This document shows positions 1-13,775 of a stretch of 64,000 bases of DNA, piece after piece; within the stretch, counting starts at the first letter, position 1, and each line of letters opens with the position of its first letter. Both the position numbers and the translations under genes were made by a program. Under the pieces are notes generated by a model. The model ran no database searches and had not been told where the DNA came from. It was given only the letters and a program-made list of their open reading frames with translations. This DNA is from an uncultured Methanoregulaceae archaeon. Lineage in GTDB: Archaea; Halobacteriota; Methanomicrobia; Methanomicrobiales; Methanospirillaceae. The stretch is from positions 1 through 64,000 of the forward strand of contig CAVTTL010000001.1 in assembly GCA_963737635.1 (NCBI GenBank). Reading direction: 5' to 3'.

Positions 1-257
1 GTGAACGGCCCTGCCCGGCAGGTCTCGGGCTTTACCCGGTGACAGGTACACTTGCGGTTCTCCATGAGGATACAGGTGCCGTCCGGTCGTGTCCGGAGGC
101 GAAGGTAGCCGTTTTTTTCAAAATACCCTTCAGGCACGCCAGCAGCGATCAGCTGGTGGTACCGGTCTTTGGTCACCGGAGGATGTGCGTCATCGCAACA
201 GTGTCCCCCGCACGCCATACAGATAGCTTCAGCACGAAGCAGCCAGTCTTCAGTCAA
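1..257 (-). CDS. YkgJ/FliB-like cysteine-cluster protein (3' end runs off the window)
   Basis: Manual translation from TTG 257: MTEDWLLRAEAICMACGGHCCDDAHPP...GTCILMENRKCTCHRVKPETCRAGPF. It has the CxxCGxxCC and C-x6-C-x5-KPxxCR pattern. Not in the supplied ORF track. Confidence 0.8.
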   Translation of the reverse strand, partial: MTEDWLLRAEAICMACGGHCCDDAHPPVTKDRYHQLIAAGVPEGYFEKNGYLRLRTRPDGTCILMENRKCTCHRVKPETCRAGPF

Positions 258-263
258 AGATAA

Positions 264-1136
264 TCACGCTGCAAAAAGGTAATTGACAATCTGTTCGTAG
301 ACCTGCGGGTAGCAGGTGTCCTCGCCGCTTTCCAGAGACGGGTTATCGTTTACTTCGATCACGCAGGCGTCGCCGTTGTTGTTTTTGATGTCCACACCAT
401 ACAACCCGTCCCCTATGGCGTTTGCCGCATCTATACCGAGCCGGACGACTGACGGCGGGACGATCTCTTCGGGCATGCTCTCCACGCCGCAGTACACGAT
501 GTGGCCGTTGACGGAGGCCTGTATCTTGAACGTTACCGAGGGGATCGTATACTTGCAGACGTAGAGGAGCTTTCCTCCGAGCACCCCCACCCGCCAGTCG
601 TAGGTGCTCTGCACAAACTGCTGGACGACGATCCAGTCAGACATCTTGATGAACCGCCGGGCGACCCGGAAGAAACCGGCGATGTCCATGACCTTTTCCA
701 CCCGGAGCGAGAACGACGTCGACGGTTCCTTGAGGATCAGCGGTGTCCCGAGCGTATCGAAGAGCTGCGTGACCCGTTCGACACTGAGGTCGTTTTTCGA
801 GAGAAAAACGGTCCTTGGGAGCGCGACGTTCTTTTTGATCAGGTGGGAGTACATGTTGATCTTGTCGCCGCAGACCTGGATCGAATTTGCATCGTCAATG
901 ACCGGGATGCCATGGAACTCTGCCATCCTGGCAGCGACATACGTGATATTCATAGGATCGGTCCGGGCCCGGATGAAGAGGGCATCCATCTTCGGGATCT
1001 TGCTGATATCGACCGGGAAGAGGAATTCCGCATTGTGCCCGAGCCCCTCGGCTATGTCCCTGCAGTGGATCAGGGCGTTAAGCTGCTCGGCATTGGAAAG
1101 GGTTTTCCGGTCGACAAAAATCCCAAGCCGGCTCAT
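264..1136 (-). CDS. RimK-family ATP-grasp ligase
   Basis: Motifs DKINMY, PLILKEPSTSFS, VVQQFV..YDWRVGVL, GDGLYGVDIK, VIEVNDNP are typical of the RimK/ATP-grasp fold. Confidence 0.9.
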   Translation of the reverse strand: MSRLGIFVDRKTLSNAEQLNALIHCRDIAEGLGHNAEFLFPVDISKIPKMDALFIRARTDPMNITYVAARMAEFHGIPVIDDANSIQVCGDKINMYSHLIKKNVALPRTVFLSKNDLSVERVTQLFDTLGTPLILKEPSTSFSLRVEKVMDIAGFFRVARRFIKMSDWIVVQQFVQSTYDWRVGVLGGKLLYVCKYTIPSVTFKIQASVNGHIVYCGVESMPEEIVPPSVVRLGIDAANAIGDGLYGVDIKNNNGDACVIEVNDNPSLESGEDTCYPQVYEQIVNYLFAA

Positions 1137-1954
1137 AGGAACTCCTGGCGGTCCCGGTATGCAGAAAGGTAGGCCCGCTCATCTTCGGAGAGGCGGGTAT
1201 ACCGTGTGGGGGTGAGGGAGGACAAGGCATACGCATTTCCGGTCTGCACAAAGACCATGTTGACGAGCGGAATGGAGAAGAGAGCATAGATCTTCTCTGC
1301 ATAGCCGGTGATCGCGCCGTCGCCGTTCGTGCGGCCAAAAACCGCCGTGCAGATGTGGATGATCGCCTTGTCGTCCATCTTCTGGTAACAGAAGGGGTAC
1401 TTGCCCTTGTTGGTGATGTGCCTGACGACCTCTTTCGCCTGCATGCTATCCTGTACGACCGCGTAGTCGGACGCCGTGGCAAAGTAGTTGAGCCCATAGA
1501 GAATCGCCGGGAGAGGGACATAGGCCTGGGAGATGCCCCACGGTACGACCGGGATGCCGGCCCGTTTCACCCGCTCGAGGCAGACGGGGACCACGAATGC
1601 GTCGAGAACAGCCCGGCTGGATGGCCGGACATCATCGCCTGCCAGTTCGTGCGCAAGGATGGTGTAATAGGCCTCGGACTTGTACGAGTAGTCCTCCGCG
1701 ATGACATGAGTGGCATTATTGCGCCTGACGATCGCGAGTGAGTCCCGGGCCATTGCCGGTTCCCGTTTCTGCATGAGGTGCACGCTGGCTGCGGGGTTTC
1801 CCTTCGGCAACCGTGCATGTGCCTTTCTCTTCGTTTCCGGCCGGGCAAGCAGGTCTGCTCCAAACCAGTTCCCGGCTGACGCCGAATCCCCCTGACTATC
1901 ATTCATCGGCAGATCAGCTCGCTTCGTACCCTCGCAGGCGTAATACGGGGACAC
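1133..1954 (-). CDS. RimK-like ATP-grasp N-terminal (RLAN) domain protein; start uncertain
   Basis: DYSYKSEAYYTILAHELAGDDVRPS resembles the RLAN signature (Y-x-Y-x-S-x-x-YY-x-x-L-x-x-E). Its stop overlaps the RimK start (ATGA). It may extend to 2115 across a frameshift. Confidence 0.75.
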   Translation of the reverse strand: MSPYYACEGTKRADLPMNDSQGDSASAGNWFGADLLARPETKRKAHARLPKGNPAASVHLMQKREPAMARDSLAIVRRNNATHVIAEDYSYKSEAYYTILAHELAGDDVRPSSRAVLDAFVVPVCLERVKRAGIPVVPWGISQAYVPLPAILYGLNYFATASDYAVVQDSMQAKEVVRHITNKGKYPFCYQKMDDKAIIHICTAVFGRTNGDGAITGYAEKIYALFSIPLVNMVFVQTGNAYALSSLTPTRYTRLSEDERAYLSAYRDRQEFL

Positions 1955-2326
1955 GGGATTTCCGGTGCCGACACAATATACCGGTGAAAGGACTGATCGA
2001 TAAACTCACGCGCTGCACGCATGCAGCGTGTCATCACAAAAGAGAGGGAGAACGCGAAGCGTTTATCCTCTTCATCGTCGTCATCATTGCTGACACTGAC
2101 GGTCATGTTCAACACTAATCCAGCACGGTGGATGGATTCTATTATTTTCTTCTATAGGTGCGGTTCTTTAAAGAATTTTGCCGGATTCGTCCCGGGCATG
2201 ATTACCGTGCGTTACCGATATCAGGAGCAGCGGGGATAGGGTGGGAGGTATGCCGCGCGGGGTTCTGGCCCATGGAAGCGTTTTTTTCCGGCCCGATGAA
2301 GTGGGGCAGGCACGTAGTAACTACGC

Positions 2327-2810
2327 TCATTTCTTCACCACGTACCCCCGGGCGGTAAGTTCCCGGATGACCAGCTCGTCCCACCGGGCGTCATCAGGTT
2401 CCCGGATCGGATCGATACACTCATCAAAGATCCGGGTTACCAGGGGATCTTCCGAGCAGAGGTACCGCGAAAACATGATCCTGCCCACCCTTCGCCCGTT
2501 CCTGTTGACAATGAGGACCCGCCAGCAGCCATAGTCCCGGCAGATATCGGGCCGGGTGAGGTGGACGGTACAGAAGGCCTTCTCCGAACCCGGCTGGTGC
2601 CGGAAGAAGGGGCATGCTTCGGGGAGTCTCTTCGAAGATACTTGTGTCATCGTAGAGGGCGTGCTTGTCGGGATCGATAGTTACTATGTTGGATTCATTG
2701 GTGTACCGGTTGAAGACCATGAACGTATAGTTCCCGCGATCCTCCGTGATGCTGTGCACCAGCCCAAGATGGCTGCAGCACTCCCCGCACTGCTGGCAGT
2801 CAAAGACCAT
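2327..2810 (-). CDS. YkgJ-family cysteine-cluster protein (frameshift near 2630)
   Basis: ORF 2424..2810 has FDCQQCGECC. ORF 2327..2650 continues with ACPFF...FCTVHLTRPDICRDYGC. The two halves form one domain. Confidence 0.8.
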
Positions 2811-2946
2811 GTGTCTCCCGGCACTTGTATACCCGGTACTGTGCCGGTTGGCGTTTTAATGGCACCGGTACCGGATACCGGGGCAGACGGGCCCGTGATT
2901 GAGCCAAGATTAATACCGGTTTGGCGCCTACAGGAAACATAGCTCC

Positions 2947-3869
2947 ATGGATATTCTCTCCATTATCCTGATCATCGCCGGACTGTGCCTGTTTGAGACG
3001 ATAACAAGCATCGATAATGCCATCATTAATGCTGATGTCCTCTCGACCATGTCGCAGAAGGCACGAGGCTGGTTCCTTGCCTGGGGTCTCCTTTTTGCCG
3101 TCTTTGTGATCCGGGGGATGCTGCCCTGGTTGATTGTCTGGGTGTCCGCACCCTCGCTTGGGCCGGTCGGGGCGCTTACCGCAACCTTTTCCCAGGATCC
3201 TGCCGTGGTAAACGCCATTGCGCAGTCCGCACCCATTCTCTAGTCGGCGGCGGTACCTTCCTTATCTTTCTCTTCTTCCACTGGCTCTTTCTGGAGGAAA
3301 AAGAGTTCGGGCTCCGGGGAGAACGCTTTATCGCAACCAAGGGGGTCTGGTTCTTTGCCGTCGTTTCGATGCTCCTTGCGGCCATTGTCGGCCTTGCTCT
3401 TGGGAGAAATCCCGTGATGGCCTTTGGGGCAGTGATCGGATCGACCGCGTTTTTCATTGTCCATGGCTTCCGGCAACACGCCGAGGAACAGGAAAGAAAA
3501 ATGATTTCAGGTGAGCTCTCCGATATCAGCAAGATCTTCTATCTTGAGATCATCGATGCCACCTTCTCTATCGACGGCGTTACGGGCGCCTTTGCCTTCA
3601 CGCTTGCAGTCCCGCTCATCATTATCGGGAACGGTATCGGGGCATTGATCGTCCGGGAGATCACGGTCAGGAACGTAGATTCGATCAGGAACTACCGGTA
3701 CCTCAAGAACGGGGCTATGTACTCGATCTTCTGTCTTGGCGTTATCATGATTGCCGACAGTTTCGGCTTTGGTATCCCGGTGTACGCCTCACCCGTTATC
3801 ACGTTTGGTATTGTCGGGTACTTCCTGTTCAGGTCTATCCGGGCGGGCCCTCCAGCAGGCACTGCCTAA
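2947..3869 (+). CDS. DUF475 / TerC-like integral membrane protein (frameshift near 3240)
   Basis: LFETITSIDNAIINA in the N half; YLEIIDATFSIDGVTGAFAFT and YLKNGAMYSI in the C half. One added C at about 3241 joins ...PILLVGGGTFL... Confidence 0.85.
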
Positions 3870-3900
3870 GCACCGGTATTCCGCTATAAATCAGGGAATA

Positions 3901-4708
3901 CTACCATGACCCATGGGACCGGACATGGTCATGAACACGACGGTATGAATCGGACTGGGGACGGTTCTCATCATACATCCGCATGTCGTTACGGTTGTAC
4001 TGCTCCCGGTCCATTCCAACCGGGCAGACTTTGATGCAACACCCACATGGGGAAAGGAACCTCTTATGAAGTTCTTCTGACCTGGTGGCGCAGGCGAGTT
4101 TATTGGTGAGTTCCTGGGGATAGTCACCTCCGGGTACTGCAGAGACCGGGCAGACCGTGACGCAGCGCCGGCATTTGATACACAGCGGGTCTTCCATGAT
4201 CGGGTCGCCGGGAATTTCGGCCGTGGAAATGATGGAGGCAAATCTGACTCTGGGGCCATACTGGGGGGTCAGGAGGACGTTGTTGAGCCCGAAGTTTCCC
4301 ATGCCTGCACAATATGCGGCGTGCCGGTGGGAGAAGAACGCGACTGGTTTCTCTTTGAGTACCCTCGATCGATCCATAACCGTCCCGGGGCACCCAGACC
4401 GACGGGTATCCTTTCTCCGTCAAAAAGGTGGCGAGACGGTACCCGCAGGAGTCGAGAAGCTCATTTACGGTGTGGTACAATTCGTGATACCAGATCGAAG
4501 GTGCAGTGTCCACGATCGGCAGGCTCACCGGGAACCCGATCACGATGACGGTCTTTGCGCCGGGGAAGACGGAGGCGGGCCGGAACTCCTCCGGCACCCA
4601 GGGTTCAAATGGGGGATCGTCCCAGCGATCCACGGGGGCAAATCCGATAAGGGGTATATCCATGCCGCCGCATTTCCTGATGATCTGACGCCGGAGGATC
4701 GAACTCAT
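3901..4708 (-). CDS. Epoxyqueuosine-reductase-like (QueG/RdhA-like) 4Fe-4S protein (frameshift near 4360)
   Basis: GFAPVDRW, AKTVIVIG, FSHRHAAYCAGMGNFGLNNVLLTPQYGPRVRF, CIKCRRCVTVCP and CGCCIKVCP across two overlapping ORFs. Confidence 0.85.
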
Positions 4709-5055
4709 TTCTTAACGATTGTACCGGGAAGGATAAATCTATTTTTAAAAGTGAAGAAAGAGTCATTGGTATCATAAATCGATACCTTTCAGGCTCTTTT
4801 TAAGTCCCGAATTTTCACCGGGTATATCACGGTAATTGCCACAAGCAGTGAGGATCTGAGAAAGCTTGGCTAAACGAAGTGGATGACAGTGTCCGGGACT
4901 CTCATTCCTCATCGAGTCGAAAAAAGCCGTGATGGTAACGGCCATGCCGCTTTGGTGGAATGATAAGAATTATCTCGTTGCAATTCATTAAACATTTAAA
5001 CTTCGCCATAGTGCGACAGACACGATCAAGGAAGAAATATCTTTGAACCAGGGAA

Positions 5056-6366
5056 ATGGAGTCCCCCATGGTATTTAACACAAAAAGAGGCACGAAGATC
5101 GTAATTCTCCTCGTTTTTGTCACATGCCTCGTTACACCGGTCTTGGCCGGAACGCGATATATCAACGGTACTCCAGATCTGGTCGCATATGTTGCCGGGA
5201 CCAATTCATACGTGCCAGGAGCCGACATCGAGATCCCGGTAGTGATCCAGAACATTGGTATCAGCACGAATTACGAAACGGGGCCGGATATCCCCAACCG
5301 GCCGGATATTCCTATGACAGCGAAGTTTGTCACGGTCGCTATGGAGCCGGGGGATGCCCCCCTTGTAATAAAATCTGATCCTCATATGATCGGTGATATC
5401 CCAAGCGAAAGCCAGATGACAGCAACGTTCTCTGCGAAAGTGAATGCGGATGCCGCTGGCGGTACATACTTGATTCCCTTGAACGTCACTTATACCCAAT
5501 TCACCAATGAGGACCTGTACCTGTTCGAAACCTTTCGCACGTACTACACCCAAGAGAACGAAACGCTGTATGTCCCGGTTACCATAAAGGCCCGGGCGAT
5601 TCCCGAGGTTGTCTCGGCCACGACTGAGGGGTTGGTTGCCGGGGAATCCGGGTACCTGAACCTAACACTCCGTAACGTCGGTTCACTTGATGGCACAAAC
5701 GCGACAGCGCAGATTCTTCAGGACGATAACAGTCTGGTAACGCCGGTGGACAGCAGCGTATTCATCGGCGATTTCCCAGCAGGCGGCACGATCTCCTGCA
5801 AGTACAAGATCAATGTCTCCACCGATGCACTGAGCAAGAGTTATCCGGTGGACATAGAGGTAAACTACCAAGATAACACCGGCACATTTGTGACCTCGTC
5901 CCCTATAACCACCGGAGTCACTGTCGGAAGCAAAGTAGACTTTGAGATCCTGTCGCAACCTGCCGTCCTGTATCCGGGCAGCCGGAATACCGTTCAGGTC
6001 GCTTACAAGAACACTGGGGTGTCCATGGTCTATGGTGCATATGCCCGCATCACGGTCTACGATCCATTTACCAGCTCGATGGATCTTGTTTATCTCGGAG
6101 ACATCGCTCCCGGGCAGACCGTGGTTGCGCCTTTCCAGCTCAGTGTAGCAAGCGACGCGACCCTCAAAGAGTACGGCATGGACTCCGAGATCCGGTACAC
6201 GGACGCAATTGATGACGCGTTTGTGTCTCAACCAATATCGGTACTGGTCGATGTACAGAATCCCACCGGAATTATGGCAATTGTTTCAAATCCCCAATAT
6301 ATTTCGGTCATTGCCATCCTGTTAGTGGTTATGCTTATGGCAATTAGGCGAATCGGAAAAAAATAA
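5056..6366 (+). CDS. COG1361-like S-layer/surface protein
   Basis: Signal peptide, repeated beta-sandwich units (IGDIPS, IGDFPAG, LGDIAPG) and a C-terminal TM helix with a basic tail. Confidence 0.8.
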   Translation: MESPMVFNTKRGTKIVILLVFVTCLVTPVLAGTRYINGTPDLVAYVAGTNSYVPGADIEIPVVIQNIGISTNYETGPDIPNRPDIPMTAKFVTVAMEPGDAPLVIKSDPHMIGDIPSESQMTATFSAKVNADAAGGTYLIPLNVTYTQFTNEDLYLFETFRTYYTQENETLYVPVTIKARAIPEVVSATTEGLVAGESGYLNLTLRNVGSLDGTNATAQILQDDNSLVTPVDSSVFIGDFPAGGTISCKYKINVSTDALSKSYPVDIEVNYQDNTGTFVTSSPITTGVTVGSKVDFEILSQPAVLYPGSRNTVQVAYKNTGVSMVYGAYARITVYDPFTSSMDLVYLGDIAPGQTVVAPFQLSVASDATLKEYGMDSEIRYTDAIDDAFVSQPISVLVDVQNPTGIMAIVSNPQYISVIAILLVVMLMAIRRIGKK

Positions 6367-6455
6367 GACGGAAAGTTGTCGGTGCATATCAGAAACAGAC
6401 CATTTCTGTCATTCCAATAACATCAGTACCCGAACAATAACGTAAAAGCATACGC

Positions 6456-6495
6456 GATATTTAGAAGAGCCCGTATCCAATGCGTTCTAAATATC
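6456..6495. repeat. Perfect 11-bp inverted repeat between convergent genes
   Basis: GATATTTAGAA (6456-6466), 18-nt spacer, TTCTAAATATC (6485-6495). Confidence 0.6.
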
Positions 6496-6663
6496 CCTCT
6501 AAGCGGGGGCTTTCCGGTCTTCGTTCATCTCTTCCCAACTGCCCCTGCCACTTCCTCCGGAGGACTTGGTCAACAATCGAAACACTGGAAGGAAGTATTC
6601 TGGATTGATTCCGGGGATGAGAATTTTGTGAGATTTTTAGTTCGTAATAATACGCCCACCGTC

Positions 6664-7086
6664 CTATTCCCCGGTGACCGTACACACGACCGTCCGATCC
6701 CGGCCTGCATTCACATCCAGTTCCAGTAAAACGATCTGCTGCCATGTCCCGCAATCAGGTTTCCCCCCGGAGACCGGAACCGTCAGGTCTGGTCCCACAA
6801 GTGCCGCCTTGACATGGGAGCGCCCGTTACCGTCACCCCATTTCGCGTTGTGGGCGTACTCGGCATCATCCGGGGCAAGGACAGACAGCGCCCGGGAGAG
6901 ATCTGCAAGCACACCGGGCTCATATTCGATCGTTGTCAATGCGGCAGTCGAGTGTTGCACGAAAAGATGAACCAGACCTTCGTGTATCCCACTCTCACGA
7001 ACCGCTGCGGTAACCTGATGCGTGAGGTTAATGGCTTCCCTTTCCTGCCGGGTAGACACCCGGATGATCTTCCGGAACATGGGCAT
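6664..7086 (-). CDS. yjbQ: YjbQ/UPF0047 family protein (secondary thiamine-phosphate synthase)
   Basis: HSTAALTTIEYEPG, NGRSHVKAALVG, GTWQQIVLLELD. Confidence 0.9.
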   Translation of the reverse strand: MPMFRKIIRVSTRQEREAINLTHQVTAAVRESGIHEGLVHLFVQHSTAALTTIEYEPGVLADLSRALSVLAPDDAEYAHNAKWGDGNGRSHVKAALVGPDLTVPVSGGKPDCGTWQQIVLLELDVNAGRDRTVVCTVTGE

Positions 7087-7118
7087 CCCTTTTTCTGTTG
7101 TGGTATATACGGGTATTG

Positions 7119-7667
7119 CTAGACCGTAACCTCAAGCGAATTTACCACCACATGGGTTCTCTGATCGGTGAGGTAAATAATCCAGATTCCGGGGGGTATT
7201 CCTGCGATGACACCGGGCCCGTTCTTTGTAATGAGTGTGACAAAATCGTCTGTTGCCAAAAACCGTGAGCCATCGGAGTAAATGATCACGGTCCCTCCCC
7301 GGGCCCAGGGATTTCCGGTCATAACCGGGGACGGATATACCGTTATTTTCTTTCCGTCCGGAGATTCCAGAGTAAAAAAGATCCCGGATGACGACTGGTT
7401 GGAGAGGGCAACCGAATCTCCTGCCAGATGATACAGGCTGATGACGCTTCTGGAAGGATACGGTGTCATGACCTCGGCCCGGACTGCAAACGCCGGGGGT
7501 TTCTGGAGAAGAGAGGCGGCAAAACTACCCGAAGTACTCAGGATCAACACGGCGGCGACACCAATCAACACGACAATAAGGAGCAGCCCGTAAAATTCGG
7601 TAAGTGCCCGGTTGGCATGCACAACGGTCAAGGAATCAGTCCGTAGAGCATTTTTTGGGAAAGGCAC
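7119..7667 (-). CDS. Archaeal type IV pilin-like protein
   Basis: Class III signal-like RA|LTEFYGLLLIVVLIGVAAVLI, and HLAGDSV typical of the archaeal pilin N-terminal domain. Confidence 0.65.
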   Translation of the reverse strand: MPFPKNALRTDSLTVVHANRALTEFYGLLLIVVLIGVAAVLILSTSGSFAASLLQKPPAFAVRAEVMTPYPSRSVISLYHLAGDSVALSNQSSSGIFFTLESPDGKKITVYPSPVMTGNPWARGGTVIIYSDGSRFLATDDFVTLITKNGPGVIAGIPPGIWIIYLTDQRTHVVVNSLEVTV

Positions 7668-7711
7668 CCCAAAAAGGTTCTGATCCCCGATCTACTGTAT
7701 AAAAAAAGGGA

Positions 7712-12279
<4,568 letters not shown>

Positions 12280-12570
12280 TCAATAAAAAATTCCCTGAGA
12301 TTATCACAATAATTATTGGTTCTTCGACAATTAAACCCTGCTGTCATAAAATCAGGCGTTAACGCTGCAGGGGCGGCCGGTCTTTTCTTAAGGGTGGTTC
12401 TCCCGGAAAACCGGCACTCTCCTTTGGGAACCCGGATCTCAAAAAGAAGTGTGAGGGGATCGCCAGTTTCTTCGATAACGATACCGGTTATGTCGAGGAT
12501 CCCAGAGATGTAAGGGTAAATCGCAATTTTTTACATTTTTGTAGTAGACAGTGCTACGAAATCGACAGTT

Positions 12571-12578
12571 TTTTATAA
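12571..12578 (+). promoter_or_regulatory. Putative TATA box of nikM (leaderless or short leader)
   Basis: TTTTATAA ending about 31 nt upstream of ATG 12610. Confidence 0.5.
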
Positions 12579-12609
12579 CGCCTCAAAAGTATATTGATCA
12601 GGTTTGGCT

Positions 12610-13337
12610 ATGCATATACCTGACGGCTATCTGGGACCTCTGACCTTCATCGTTCTGTATGCAATTATGATCCCGATCTGGCTGTACGCCGGATACTGGG
12701 TGCAGAAGTCACTTCGGACCCGGCAGGTACCGTATCTGGCGCTGGGAGCAGCTTTCTCGTTTGTAATCATGATGTTCAACGTGCCGGTTCCCGGCGGAAG
12801 TTCAGGGCATGCGGTCGGGAGTGCGCTCGTTGCAATCATCCTCGGTCCCTGGGCTGCAGTGGTAACTACCACGTGTGCGCTTCTCATCCAGTGCCTTATC
12901 TTCGGGGACGGTGGTATCACTGCGTTCGGGGCAAACTGTTTCAACATGGGTGTCGTTATCCCGTTTGTGGCATATTATACCTATAAACTGATCAGCAGGA
13001 AATCACCTATTGCTTCGAACCTGCGGATCGCTGCAGCCGCCATCGGCGCTTATATCGGGTTGTCTGTTGCCGCCGGGTCGCCGGTATTGAAATGGGTCTC
13101 CAGCCGATTCTCGAGCACACTTCGGCAGGAGTGCCCCTCTACATGCCGTACGGGCTCAATGTTACGGTACCGGCAATGCTTATCGAGCATATGGCTTTCT
13201 TCAGCTGGGTGGAATTGATCGTCACGGGTCTCGGATTTGCCTATATTGCCCGGAACAGTCCTGAGGTTATCTTCAATTATAAACGCGAATTCGAGCGGAA
13301 ACCTGAGGTCTGCAAAGCGACAGGACCGTCACGATAA
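12610..13337 (+). CDS. nikM: Ni/Co ECF transporter S component NikM/CbiM (frameshift near 13078)
   Basis: N-terminal MHIPDG metal-binding motif (NikM-type rather than the CbiM-type MHIMEG), FNVPVPGGSSGHAVG, FGDGGITAFGAN. Continues in ORF 13092..13337. Confidence 0.9.
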
Positions 13338-13347
13338 TGGTGAGAGC

Positions 13348-13668
13348 ATGGACAAGACGCTGAAAATCCTAATCATAGGAATGATTGTTCTCGTGATCTG
13401 CGTGCCGGTGGGATTGATCGCTGGTGGCACAGCATTTGGCGAATGGGGACCCGATGAACTTCATGCGGCGATTGGTTATATCCCGGCGGGATTCCAGTCC
13501 TTCAACGGTATATGGCATGCCCCTTTAAACGGGTATGACCTGCCGGGAGATCATGAGACGATACCGACACAGACACCGGGATATTACGTCTCTGCAATCG
13601 CAGGTGTCCTCATTGTTGCAGGAGTCGCATTTCTGGTGGGAAAAGCCATTATTAAACGGAATGACTAG
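13348..13668 (+). CDS. nikN: PDGLE-domain ECF component (NikN-like)
   Basis: Two TM helices flanking AFGEWGPDEL...WHAPLNGYDLPG. GGTGA SD before ATG 13348, directly after nikM. Confidence 0.75.
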   Translation: MDKTLKILIIGMIVLVICVPVGLIAGGTAFGEWGPDELHAAIGYIPAGFQSFNGIWHAPLNGYDLPGDHETIPTQTPGYYVSAIAGVLIVAGVAFLVGKAIIKRND

Positions 13669-13775
13669 ACCGCCAATTCCGCAGTCCATGCAGCCCCCAT
13701 GATACCATCTGTCATAGCGAGTTCGATCCGGCCATTTTCTGCGGGACAATTGCATTAAAAAAGCGTAAGGGCAAC

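Noticed and set aside
2815-2935. Clustered ACCGG/CCGGT words and a CCGGCAC/GTGCCGG stem before the DUF475 gene as a yybP-ykoY-like element
   Set aside because: CCGG is very frequent throughout this sequence and no riboswitch consensus is recognisable.
12300-12560. Possible cobalamin or NiCo riboswitch upstream of nikM (GGGAACCCGG and several hairpins)
   Set aside because: No B12 box or other conserved core elements follow. A TATA at 12571 implies a near-leaderless nikM transcript that would exclude this region.
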